A stretch of 64,000 nt of DNA. Origin: Shigella phage vB_SsoM_JK08. The position numbers and the translations under genes were made by a program. The DNA is taken from sequence record LR877332. One strand, written 5' to 3'. The stretch's first letter is position 1. Each line of letters starts with the position of its first letter. This document shows positions 1-8,072 of the stretch, in pieces. The notes under the pieces are model-generated. The model had not been told where the DNA came from and searched no databases. It worked only from the letters and a program-made list of their open reading frames with translations.

Positions 1-305
1 CAATTTCTAAACATCTCATGCTCTACTGGAATCGTATAATAAAATAACTGTAAGTCTTTATTACTAGAATATTTAAATACACCTAGGTCTTCTAGAAGGT
101 CTGGATTATAATTGCTAAAACCGGTCTCTTCTAAGCATTCTCTTTTTGCAGCTTCCAGTGCATTCAAATCAGAACTTTCTACGCGGCCCTTTGGAATATC
201 CCAGCGATGTGCCATCATTCCAGGCTTACGAGAACCAGTAACCCGACCCATAAATAAATCTTTATCTTCTGTCATAAAGATAATACCAGCTGATAGTGTT
301 TTCAT
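1..305 (-). CDS. nudE: Nudix hydrolase NudE (T4 e.1), 3' end cut by window edge
   Basis: Minus-strand reading frame runs off the window start, ATG at 303-305; translation contains a Nudix box (GRVESSDLNALEAAKRECLEETG). The plus ORF 112..327 in the track is antisense to it. Confidence 0.8.
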   Translation of the reverse strand, partial: MKTLSAGIIFMTEDKDLFMGRVTGSRKPGMMAHRWDIPKGRVESSDLNALEAAKRECLEETGFSNYNPDLLEDLGVFKYSSNKDLQLFYYTIPVEHEMFRN

Positions 306-790
306 TTTAATTTCCTGCATTCAGTGATAAAGTTATTTAAATTTTGAGTATATTTCTTTTCATCAAAAATCTTTTGTTGTCTGCGTAAACGCCATGGCAT
401 TTCAATGAACATACGCCATATTCCTGATAATACTGCTGCTGTAAAAATATTAACAAGTATAGTTAAAAGAACCCAATCTCCTATTCTGTCCATTGGATTT
501 TTTATAAAAAAGTAAAATACGAACGATGATATAGGAAGACTAATGATATACCACAGAAGAACCTTCTTATCTGTGAACCAATCAGCATTCGTTAACTTAG
601 CGCGACCGTTTTGAATACATACGAACTTATCATCTGTTACAGTAAATGGCTTAGCTGCTTGATATCCCATTCTAAACTCCCTAATCAACAAATTTTTCAT
701 ATCTTCGGAACAACCATTCCAGTCAACTCTATCAACTGAAATGCCATCATCCCCATCATCTAAATCATACCAGCGAGTTTTTAAAATCAT
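302..790 (-). CDS. small membrane protein, paralog family member A
   Basis: 162 aa ORF with hydrophobic segments; ATGA overlap with nudE start; C-terminus ...FITECRKLK shares the motif seen in the next three genes. Confidence 0.6.
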   Translation of the reverse strand: MILKTRWYDLDDGDDGISVDRVDWNGCSEDMKNLLIREFRMGYQAAKPFTVTDDKFVCIQNGRAKLTNADWFTDKKVLLWYIISLPISSFVFYFFIKNPMDRIGDWVLLTILVNIFTAAVLSGIWRMFIEMPWRLRRQQKIFDEKKYTQNLNNFITECRKLK

Positions 791-1149
791 TTAATTTTCC
801 TACAATCACTCACAAACTCTTTCATTGACTCATTTTCAATATAAGACATGTAGCTATTATATTCTTTTAATTGTATTTTGTAATCCTTTTTTCTTTGCCA
901 ATTTATTTTAAAATTATCATAATGAAAATATAACATGGTACCAAAGAATGAAAATAATGAAATCGCTATAGTAAAACGAAGTTCACTCCAAACCTCTGTT
1001 ATAATTACTGTGCCGTCGATATTTAAAATAAAACAGTCAATTAACAATCCAATAAGACTACCCGCAAGAGCTGTAAATACTGATACAGCAAGAATTAATA
1101 GTGCCTCAGGAAACGAATATTTGACTTTATTTAGTTTTGGCTTTTGCAT
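787..1149 (-). CDS. small membrane protein, paralog family member B
   Basis: 120 aa, two hydrophobic helices, C-terminus ...MKEFVSDCRKIK; stop overlaps downstream start; AGGAAA Shine-Dalgarno of next gene lies inside its last codons. Confidence 0.6.
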   Translation of the reverse strand: MQKPKLNKVKYSFPEALLILAVSVFTALAGSLIGLLIDCFILNIDGTVIITEVWSELRFTIAISLFSFFGTMLYFHYDNFKINWQRKKDYKIQLKEYNSYMSYIENESMKEFVSDCRKIK

Positions 1150-1523
1150 CGTGATTCCTTAACAAATTTCATAATTTCATCAAATTCATACATATCTAGC
1201 TTAAGCTGGTGTTCCTTTTTAATCTTTTTACACTGAGCTTTCCAATCACGTACACGTTTACGATAATGTCTTCCTTGATACCAGTATCCTACCCAATTTA
1301 CGGGTACTAATAAAAGTGGAACTATTAATGGAAGAATTAGCATTAACACAAGTATTTCGCCAGAATCAATATCAGTCATAACATCTAAAACACCTCCAAT
1401 AATCAATAGAATTACAAATGATATGAGTATAACAGGACCTATTAACACATCAGTAGAAATTATCTGACGCTTTGGTTCATACTTCACAGGTTTACTTGGA
1501 AGGTATAGTGATGGTTTTGACAT
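1131..1523 (-). CDS. small membrane protein, paralog family member C
   Basis: Track ORF 1131..1544 begins at TTG; first ATG (MSKPSL) at 1523; very hydrophobic core; C-terminus ...MKFVKESRCKSQN. Confidence 0.55.
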   Translation of the reverse strand: MSKPSLYLPSKPVKYEPKRQIISTDVLIGPVILISFVILLIIGGVLDVMTDIDSGEILVLMLILPLIVPLLLVPVNWVGYWYQGRHYRKRVRDWKAQCKKIKKEHQLKLDMYEFDEIMKFVKESRCKSQN

Positions 1524-2106
1524 ATTCTCTACATTCCTTAACAAATTTTTCTAGTAATAAATCACTTTCAAAATTGGGATTTTCTACAAATTTATCAAAA
1601 AGATCATCAACAATAGTTAAGATATTCTTTTTACTAAGAATACGTTTATTTTCATGCTTCGTTTCAGAATCAACTATAAGAGTAAAGAAATATTTCTTGC
1701 CCTGAAATTTTACAGTAGTATCAATATAAAATAAATTTGACTTTTGTAAATTACGTTTAAACCATGCGTCACTTAAACTATAAACACCGAGATAATCAAA
1801 ATCGTCGTTTAAATAACAAACCGTCCATTCAGGAGAAATGAAATCAGTAAATTCAACATCAAAATCACACGTCAATGAATGAATTGATTCAATACTGTTA
1901 ATGAGTATTCCAGGACGTATTAAAGACTTTTTACCTCTAGAAAATCTTCCGGAAAGGCTTTCATCAGTTTCATATGAAGACCCCCAATAGTAATTACGTC
2001 CTTCTGCCATGCGTTTAAGAGCATTTAGTAATTGGTCTGGAACATCAACCTGTCTTTGGAACTCTTCAAACATTGAATTGAAATCACTTTGCATTTTCAT
2101 TTTCAT
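1492..2106 (-). CDS. hypothetical protein
   Basis: 204 aa ORF; C-terminus ...EKFVKECREYVKT carries the same junction motif and overlaps the start of the downstream gene. Confidence 0.6.
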   Translation of the reverse strand: MKMKMQSDFNSMFEEFQRQVDVPDQLLNALKRMAEGRNYYWGSSYETDESLSGRFSRGKKSLIRPGILINSIESIHSLTCDFDVEFTDFISPEWTVCYLNDDFDYLGVYSLSDAWFKRNLQKSNLFYIDTTVKFQGKKYFFTLIVDSETKHENKRILSKKNILTIVDDLFDKFVENPNFESDLLLEKFVKECREYVKTITIPSK

Positions 2107-2147
2107 TCCTATTTACTCCAAGTATAAGGGGCCGAAGCCCCTTATCA

Positions 2148-2741
2148 TTATTTCAGAGAATTAATGTATTCCTGAACATCGGCAGAGGTAGTTTCAACCC
2201 CAGAAATATTACCGTTAAAGGTTTCAACTCGAGCAAGGGTATCTTCAATATCAACCTTAGTCAGTGCTGCAATTTCAACTACATCATCAGCAGTACTAAT
2301 TCCAAGGGCATTTGCTGCACGAGTTTCACGGATATATTCCAATTTAACCGCAAGTTCTTGACGAGCATCATCTAACTCAACTACTTTCTTGGCGATTTCA
2401 ATTCGCATTTCAGCATAACCGTCAGCCTTAGTAGTCAACTGCTCAGCTGTTCGACGATATAGTAAACCGAGTTTAGCATGCATTGTTACATCTTGGCCTT
2501 CGGAAAGAAGTTTACGAATTTCACGCTCTTTTGATTCGGCCTGTCGATTCTTTTCGATAACAAGTTCACGAATACGTTTTTCTTCGTTAATAGATTTAAC
2601 AGAAGCAGTTTTTAGATCTTTAATTTTATCAAGTAGTTTTGCTGCTGCAGCAGTATACTGTTCTTCGACAGATAGATTTTTAGCCATAGCAGAACCAAGT
2701 TTAGTGCGAATAAACTCAACAATTTTCTTCAGTGTGTTCAT
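2148..2741 (-). CDS. coiled-coil protein, possibly PspA/IM30-like
   Basis: 197 aa, charged heptad-like sequence throughout, amphipathic N-terminus; promoter-early stem-loop immediately upstream. Confidence 0.6.
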   Translation of the reverse strand: MNTLKKIVEFIRTKLGSAMAKNLSVEEQYTAAAAKLLDKIKDLKTASVKSINEEKRIRELVIEKNRQAESKEREIRKLLSEGQDVTMHAKLGLLYRRTAEQLTTKADGYAEMRIEIAKKVVELDDARQELAVKLEYIRETRAANALGISTADDVVEIAALTKVDIEDTLARVETFNGNISGVETTSADVQEYINSLK

Positions 2742-2807
2742 AGTATTTCCTTAGGTTAATTGAGATTTAAAATCCGTAGGAGTATAATACTCTATCGTCA
2801 AATTATA

Positions 2808-2842
2808 GGCTCATAATATCTCAATCATGAGCCTGCGTAAAC
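2808..2842 (-). promoter_or_regulatory. early promoter with stem-loop (PeSL-like)
   Basis: On minus strand GTTTAC -35, about 18 nt spacer, TATTAT -10 embedded in inverted repeat GGCTCAT...ATGAGCC; upstream of gene 2148..2741. Confidence 0.5.
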
Positions 2843-3106
2843 TTATTTCATATTATTGAAATATTCTTCTGCGATTTCGTCGTTATCATGGTAAACTTTA
2901 GAAGACAGTTTAACATAACCTTCTGCTGTGAACATATTAATCACAACTTTTACAGTATACCACTGACCGTCTTCATTACCCATTACTGCGTAAGTTTCAA
3001 ACATCGGATGATCAGGACCGATAACTTTAATATCATTCACTGTACGACCGAAATCTTCTGAAACGCATTTCATAAAGAAGTTGAACAGTTCGCCGTAATT
3101 ATCCAT
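2843..3106 (-). CDS. hypothetical protein
   Basis: Start set at ATG 3104-3106 (MDNYGELF) with GGAG 8 nt upstream; the longer track ORF to 3226 lacks a ribosome-binding site. Confidence 0.5.
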   Translation of the reverse strand: MDNYGELFNFFMKCVSEDFGRTVNDIKVIGPDHPMFETYAVMGNEDGQWYTVKVVINMFTAEGYVKLSSKVYHDNDEIAEEYFNNMK

Positions 3107-3149
3107 TTCATTCTCCAAGTTGTTTTCTGTATCAGTAGTTGATAGTTGT

Positions 3150-3178
3150 ATAGTACCATGGAAGAACAGAGATGTAAA
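3150..3178 (-). promoter_or_regulatory. early sigma70-like promoter
   Basis: Minus strand TTTACA, 17 nt spacer, TACTAT; preceded by TTTCACAAA block shared with the ipI-locus promoters. Confidence 0.45.
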
Positions 3179-3335
3179 CAGTTTTGTGAAAAAATTTTTA
3201 GGGAATTCTAGGGCAGGGATGGGCAATTAAAGGATAGGATAATATATTATAAAGGGTATAAACTAAATGATGCCTAGAGAGGTCCAGAAAGGCCTAGATA
3301 CCAAAAAGCCCTATCATTTAGATAGGGATTTAAAA

Positions 3336-3899
3336 TTATTTACCTAGTTTACTTATTATAGCTTCTGCAGCAGCTTTTAGCTTAGATGCAGTGTTAATAC
3401 GATTTTTAATTTCAGTATACGCATCGCCAAGAACATCAAGGCTATCAGAATAAACACTTACACTATTGCGTTCGCTATTTGAAATAGAACCTTTAGTTTT
3501 GCGGTCAAAATCGGTGTACACGTCTTGAAGATCGCGGGCTGCCTTCTTTGCATCATCCAATGCATCAAGAGCTTTATTCAAAGCATTAACGTATTTTTTA
3601 GTGTCGAACATATTCTTAGAAATTTTAACAGGTGCGCGTTCAGGAGTAGCTAACACAGATTTAGGAACCTGAGCGCCAGATGCCAATTTCTTAGAAATTT
3701 TGAAAAATGCTTTATTGAATTTATTTTCTTGACTCATTGTAAAAGAACTATTATCGATGTTGTACATTTCAATAGCTTTAGCTTTCCACTTAAGAAAATC
3801 GCCGCGGTCTTTTGGGTCCAATTGGAAGAATACTTTAGTAAGATCTGCTTCAGATGGTAATTTTGCTGCTTCGGTTAAAAATTCGGCATAGGTTTTCAT
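3336..3899 (-). CDS. internal-protein-like capsid-targeted protein
   Basis: 187 aa; N-terminus MKTYAEFLTEA matches the T4 internal protein capsid-targeting sequence MKTYQEFIAEA, with a protease-type LTE site. Confidence 0.6.
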   Translation of the reverse strand: MKTYAEFLTEAAKLPSEADLTKVFFQLDPKDRGDFLKWKAKAIEMYNIDNSSFTMSQENKFNKAFFKISKKLASGAQVPKSVLATPERAPVKISKNMFDTKKYVNALNKALDALDDAKKAARDLQDVYTDFDRKTKGSISNSERNSVSVYSDSLDVLGDAYTEIKNRINTASKLKAAAEAIISKLGK

Positions 3900-3989
3900 T
3901 TAAAATCCTTGAAATAATTTATCGGTTGGTTATTAATTATTTATTACTTTGTTACTATCCGTAACAGCGTTATCCGAGTGATTCAAACT

Positions 3990-4016
3990 AAAAAGCCCCA
4001 ACCTTTCGGTCGGGGC
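3990..4016 (-). terminator. rho-independent terminator
   Basis: GC-rich hairpin GCCCCGACCGAAAGGTTGGGGC followed by U-run on the minus strand, just after the stop of gene 4025..4498. Confidence 0.6.
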
Positions 4017-4024
4017 TAAGAATG

Positions 4025-4498
4025 TCATTTGATTTGTTTAGCAGACCAAATGCGGTCTTTAATAATTTTTTGGATGTCTTCAACATACTCAAGAGAGTGA
4101 ACATGTGGATTATCTTTGAAACTATAAGCACGGGCTAACTTTTGGCCTTCGGTTTTGATTACTAAAAGCTCTTTAAGGATAGCTTCATATTTGGAGATAA
4201 TTCCTTTAACAATATTTTTCTCTTGTGTGACTTTAGGATCTTCTTTAGGAGCAGGTTTACCTGAAGCCTTTGCAAAAGCAGCTCCAGTAGCAACTAAACT
4301 TTTCCAAGCCATACTAACTGCATTCCCTGTAAATCCTTCGGCTTTCATATCACGAGCAAATTGGAATCGTGATTCATCGGAAGCATCTTTATAGGAATAT
4401 TTACCCGCGGCAATGGCAGCTTTTGCAACAGCTTGAATTTCAGTGCTAGATGCTTCATTTAACACCGCTTCATTTAAAAATTGAGTATATGATTTCAT
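4025..4498 (-). CDS. internal-protein-like capsid-targeted protein
   Basis: 157 aa; N-terminus MKSYTQFLNEA resembles the capsid-targeting sequence; late promoter TATAAATA directly upstream. Confidence 0.6.
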   Translation of the reverse strand: MKSYTQFLNEAVLNEASSTEIQAVAKAAIAAGKYSYKDASDESRFQFARDMKAEGFTGNAVSMAWKSLVATGAAFAKASGKPAPKEDPKVTQEKNIVKGIISKYEAILKELLVIKTEGQKLARAYSFKDNPHVHSLEYVEDIQKIIKDRIWSAKQIK

Positions 4499-4534
4499 CT
4501 TATTTCCTGTTTTAATTCGGGGTTTTAATATACT

Positions 4535-4542
4535 TATTTATA
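4535..4542 (-). promoter_or_regulatory. T4-type late promoter TATAAATA
   Basis: Exact TATAAATA on minus strand about 37 nt upstream of ATG 4498. Confidence 0.55.
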
Positions 4543-4544
4543 CT

Positions 4545-4571
4545 AAAAAGCCCCAACCTTTCGGTCGGGGC
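4545..4571 (-). terminator. rho-independent terminator after tRNA/stable RNA cluster
   Basis: Same hairpin sequence as at 3990-4016, followed by U-run on minus strand. Confidence 0.6.
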
Positions 4572-4625
4572 TAAGCCTTGCGGCAACCTTGTCGGGGTTC
4601 CACCTTCTAAGGCAAGTGTTTGTAC

Positions 4626-4780
4626 GAAACGCCGGGATTCGAACCCGGTTATTAAGCAGTTGACGCTACTCAATATTTTTAAAAGGCCATATCTCGACCA
4701 TATCCGAACGTTCCGTCAAAAACGCTACTCGGCTTACGGCAAAGATATTTCCTCGAATCGATAATTCGGTGCGCCGTTTC
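4626..4780 (-). ncRNA. tRNA-like stable RNA (T4 species 1/2 RNA-like)
   Basis: 3' part folds as T-arm (CCGGG TTCGAAT CCCGG) closed by GAAACG/CGTTTC acceptor-like helix enclosing about 150 nt; lies just downstream of tRNA-Arg as in T4. Confidence 0.35.
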
Positions 4781-4888
4781 TGCTGTGATATAAGGGGACA
4801 TTAACAAAACATAAAGATTTATTAATACCAGTCCTTAAACAGGGAACATCAGTCCGACGACTTGCCGGTAGCGACCCGGCTTCTTGTC

Positions 4889-4964
4889 TGGTCGAGGCAG
4901 TAGGGATCGAACCTACGACCCAGGACTTAGAAGGTCCTTGCTCTTCCTTCTGAGCTATGCCTCG
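4889..4964 (-). tRNA. tRNA-Arg (anticodon TCT), CCA encoded
   Basis: Manual cloverleaf: acceptor CGAGGCA/TGCCTCG, D-stem GCTC/GAGC, anticodon stem AGGAC/GTCCT with loop CTTCTAA, T-loop TTCGATC. Confidence 0.85.
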
Positions 4965-4968
4965 TATT

Positions 4969-5043
4969 TGGCGGACGTGATAGGATTCGAACCTATAACC
5001 AATCGCTTAACAGGCGATCGCTCTGCCATTGAGCTACACATCC
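4969..5043 (-). tRNA. tRNA-Asn (anticodon GTT), CCA encoded
   Basis: Cloverleaf: acceptor GGATGTG/CACGTCC, D-stem GCTC/GAGC, anticodon loop CTGTTAA, T-loop TTCGAAT. Confidence 0.8.
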
Positions 5044-5047
5044 AAAT

Positions 5048-5134
5048 TGGTGGGGAGTGGTGGAGTCGAACCACCCGAGTCGCAATGACAATGAATTTAC
5101 AGTCCACACCGCTACCTCTACGGGATAACTCCCC
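5048..5134 (-). tRNA. tRNA-Tyr (anticodon GTA), long variable arm
   Basis: Acceptor GGGGAGT/ACTCCCC, anticodon loop CTGTAAA, long variable arm, T-stem GGTGG/CCACC; D-arm and anticodon stem less canonical. Confidence 0.6.
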
Positions 5135-5143
5135 AAATTAATT

Positions 5144-5218
5144 TGGTGGCCCTGGGTGGAATTGAACCACCATCTGGCGATTATGAGTCGCTTGCTTGAA
5201 CCTTCCAGCTACAGGGCC
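5144..5218 (-). tRNA. tRNA with anticodon CAT (Met, or Ile if lysidine-modified)
   Basis: Acceptor GGCCCTG/CAGGGCC, anticodon loop CTCATAA, T-loop TTCAATT; occupies the position of T4 tRNA-Ile. Confidence 0.75.
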
Positions 5219-5219
5219 T

Positions 5220-5295
5220 TGGTGCTGATTGACGGAATCGAACCGCCGACCTTCTCATTACAAGTGAGTTGCTCTACCTACTGAGCTAAATCAGC
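5220..5295 (-). tRNA. tRNA-Thr (anticodon TGT)
   Basis: Acceptor GCTGATT/AATCAGC, D-stem GCTC/GAGC, anticodon loop CTTGTAA, T-loop TTCGATT. Confidence 0.85.
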
Positions 5296-5300
5296 AAAAC

Positions 5301-5390
5301 TGGCGGAGGCGATAGGATTTGAACCTATGAGTCGCCGGAGCGACTGCCGGTTTTCAAGACCGGTGCATTAAACCACTCTGCCACGCCTCC
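5301..5390 (-). tRNA. tRNA-Ser (anticodon TGA), long variable arm
   Basis: Acceptor GGAGGCG/CGCCTCC, anticodon stem CCGGT/ACCGG with loop CTTGAAA, variable-arm helix AGTCGC/GCGACT, T-loop TTCAAAT. Confidence 0.85.
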
Positions 5391-5392
5391 AG

Positions 5393-5466
5393 TCTCCGTG
5401 GCAGGATTTGAACCTACGACATTCTGCTCCCAAAGCAGACGCTCTACCAAACTGAGCTACACGGAG
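5393..5466 (-). tRNA. tRNA-Pro (anticodon TGG), CCA not encoded
   Basis: Acceptor CTCCGTG/CACGGAG, D-stem GCTC/GAGC, anticodon stem TCTGC/GCAGA with loop TTTGGGA. Confidence 0.85.
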
Positions 5467-5476
5467 TAAATTAAAT

Positions 5477-5550
<74 letters not shown>

Positions 5551-5555
5551 AAATT

Positions 5556-5642
5556 TGGTGCGAGAAGTGGGACTCGAACCCACAAGGAAATCATTCCGCA
5601 GCATTTTAAGTGCTGTGCCTTTACCAATTTGGCCATTCTCGC
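5556..5642 (-). tRNA. tRNA-Leu (anticodon TAA), long variable arm
   Basis: Acceptor GCGAGAA/TTCTCGC, anticodon stem CAGCA/TGCTG with loop CTTAAAA, T-loop GTTCGAGT; one nt from tRNA-Gln. Confidence 0.85.
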
Positions 5643-5643
5643 G

Positions 5644-5716
5644 CTGGGAATAAAGGACTCGAACCTTTGCATCCTGGAATCAAAATCCAGTGCCTTACCA
5701 ACTTGGCTAATTCCCA
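5644..5716 (-). tRNA. tRNA-Gln (anticodon TTG), CCA not encoded
   Basis: Acceptor TGGGAAT/ATTCCCA, anticodon stem CTGGA/TCCAG with loop TTTTGAT, T-stem AAAGG/CCTTT. Confidence 0.85.
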
Positions 5717-5813
5717 ATTATTAACAAAGGCTCTTAAGCAAGAACCCTTGATGATAGAGGGTATTAATCAGTGCGATATGAGTTAATAATAACAAATAAT
5801 TCTTAAAGCATAT

Positions 5814-6101
5814 TTACCATTTATAATAATACATATTTACGATGCATTCAAGACCCAAAGGATTCTTGAAAATATCATATTCAAGAGGACCTTTTTCTGT
5901 TTCAATAAAGAAATCAAAATTTACTGTATTAAATTTACGTTCTTCCTTCACTAATTTAACTTGAGAAGATGAACGGTCAATGTAAACCTTTTCAACTTCA
6001 AAACATGTTAAAATGCCATAATCATCAATCAAAGCTTTAGCCGCGTCTTGATCATATTTATATCCATTTTCAATGGATGATACTTTCGCATAAAGAATCA
6101 T
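5814..6101 (-). CDS. hypothetical protein
   Basis: 95 aa ORF with ATG start, abutting gene 6104..6502. Confidence 0.5.
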   Translation of the reverse strand: MILYAKVSSIENGYKYDQDAAKALIDDYGILTCFEVEKVYIDRSSSQVKLVKEERKFNTVNFDFFIETEKGPLEYDIFKNPLGLECIVNMYYYKW

Positions 6102-6103
6102 TA

Positions 6104-6502
6104 TCAGCCTTCATCAACAATAGTGTGAGTATTAGCATTTACGATTTGCCACCAATCAAAGCGATTAGAATCCATCGGTTTGTTTTCATTTTCTTTGATA
6201 ATGTCACGGAGTTCATCTTCAGAGAATGCTTTAGCAATTAAATCGGTATACCCACCACGGGGATAATAATTATCACCTGCAAACAAAAGGAAATTTACCT
6301 TCCCGGAAGCAACATATGCTTCCTTAGGATACTTGTTTCCTGCGTGGTCAACCACTTCAATATAACGGTAAGGAATATCGGTTCTTTCAACCCATTGCCA
6401 TGCCGCCGCAGGGGAATCGAAAGCATCTACACCTAAACGATTATCTTCATCTTTAGACGGATTATTTTCGTAATCCGCATATACATAATATTCAACGTTC
6501 AT
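6104..6502 (-). CDS. hypothetical protein
   Basis: 132 aa ORF, ATG at 6500-6502, stop overlaps start of upstream gene (ATGA). Confidence 0.5.
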   Translation of the reverse strand: MNVEYYVYADYENNPSKDEDNRLGVDAFDSPAAAWQWVERTDIPYRYIEVVDHAGNKYPKEAYVASGKVNFLLFAGDNYYPRGGYTDLIAKAFSEDELRDIIKENENKPMDSNRFDWWQIVNANTHTIVDEG

Positions 6503-6687
6503 TATTCACCTTTAGAAATTTTATCCATAACAATAGCAATTAAACCAATTAAAAATGCTACTACAAGTGAAAACACATTTTCTGCTGTAGTCAATAATCC
6601 ACATATAAATCCAACAAACATTGAAAAACTAAAAGCGGAAGCAGAAATTGCAATAGCAACATTTCGAATTAATTCACAACGTTTCAT
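6502..6687 (-). CDS. small hydrophobic membrane protein
   Basis: 61 aa, almost entirely one or two transmembrane helices; GAGGAG ribosome-binding site; PeSL promoter upstream. Confidence 0.5.
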   Translation of the reverse strand: MKRCELIRNVAIAISASAFSFSMFVGFICGLLTTAENVFSLVVAFLIGLIAIVMDKISKGE

Positions 6688-6706
6688 TTTATTCTCCTCA
6701 GTAGTA

Positions 6707-6744
6707 GATAGGGTAATAGTATCACTACCCTATCTAAAAGTAAA
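6707..6744 (-). promoter_or_regulatory. promoter-early stem-loop (PeSL) cassette
   Basis: Minus strand TTTACT -35, 17 nt spacer, TACTAT -10 inside perfect inverted repeat GATAGGGTA...TACCCTATC. Confidence 0.55.
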
Positions 6745-6745
6745 C

Positions 6746-6979
6746 TTATTTTTTACGAAAAATTGATTTATTTTCTGCTGCCCATTTTTCAATAACTGCA
6801 GCAGGACCAGTAACAACAATTTTATCACCGTAATCTTCTGCGGCGAGTTGACCGAAATTATCTAATGCATCACGAAGAACTCCATGAGGCATTTCACCCA
6901 TTTTATCTTTCTTGCCAGTGTAAATAAACTCAACTTTTACATCAGCAGTTTCAGCAATAAATTCTTGGTAAGTTTTCAT
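6746..6979 (-). CDS. internal-protein-like capsid-targeted protein (ipI-locus cassette)
   Basis: Start chosen at MKTYQEFIAE (ATG 6977-6979), identical to the T4 capsid-targeting sequence; the track ORF starts 4 codons earlier at 6991. Confidence 0.55.
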   Translation of the reverse strand: MKTYQEFIAETADVKVEFIYTGKKDKMGEMPHGVLRDALDNFGQLAAEDYGDKIVVTGPAAVIEKWAAENKSIFRKK

Positions 6980-7005
6980 TTTGATTTCCATTTGGTTTTG
7001 TTTTG

Positions 7006-7042
7006 ATAGGGTAATAGTATCACAACTAAAACCCTATGTAAA
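7006..7042 (-). promoter_or_regulatory. promoter-early stem-loop (PeSL) cassette
   Basis: TTTACA, 17 nt spacer, TACTAT with inverted repeat TAGGGT...ACCCTA; adjoining 30 nt block GTAAACAACTTTGTGAAATTATTTTAAATC repeated at 7367-7396. Confidence 0.55.
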
Positions 7043-7055
7043 CAACTTTGTGAAA

Positions 7056-7313
7056 TTATTTTAAATCTTCTAATCGTTTCTTCATCTTAGAACCATTTTT
7101 AGCAATTTCTCCTGCATCGGAGCATAATGCTAAAAGTGCTTTAACTTTAGTTTGGTCTCCTTTAAAAGATGAAGGATCGACCGCAGCAGCAAGTTCTTTA
7201 ATACGAGAGAAAAGACGCTCAGCTTCAGCTAAAGCCATTCCAAGCTTTACTTCCATACCGTGGGAAGATTCGGTGATAGTAGTTTTTGTAGCAAACTCTT
7301 TGAAAGTTTTCAT
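7056..7313 (-). CDS. internal-protein-like protein at the ipI position
   Basis: 85 aa, N-terminus MKTFKEFATK resembles the capsid-targeting sequence; sits next to 57B where T4 has ipI. Confidence 0.55.
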   Translation of the reverse strand: MKTFKEFATKTTITESSHGMEVKLGMALAEAERLFSRIKELAAAVDPSSFKGDQTKVKALLALCSDAGEIAKNGSKMKKRLEDLK

Positions 7314-7335
7314 TTTTATTTTCCTAATTAATTTT

Positions 7336-7373
7336 GATGAGGTAATAGTATCACTACCTCATCAGTATGTAAA
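7336..7373 (-). promoter_or_regulatory. promoter-early stem-loop (PeSL) cassette
   Basis: TTTACA, 17 nt spacer, TACTAT inside inverted repeat GATGAGGTA...TACCTCATC, immediately after 57B stop. Confidence 0.55.
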
Positions 7374-7386
7374 CAACTTTGTGAAA

Positions 7387-8071
<685 letters not shown>

Positions 8072-8072
<1 letters not shown>

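Noticed and set aside
112-327. Plus-strand 71 aa ORF at the window start
   Set aside because: Antisense to the nudE reading frame, which carries a clear Nudix box; no ribosome-binding site.
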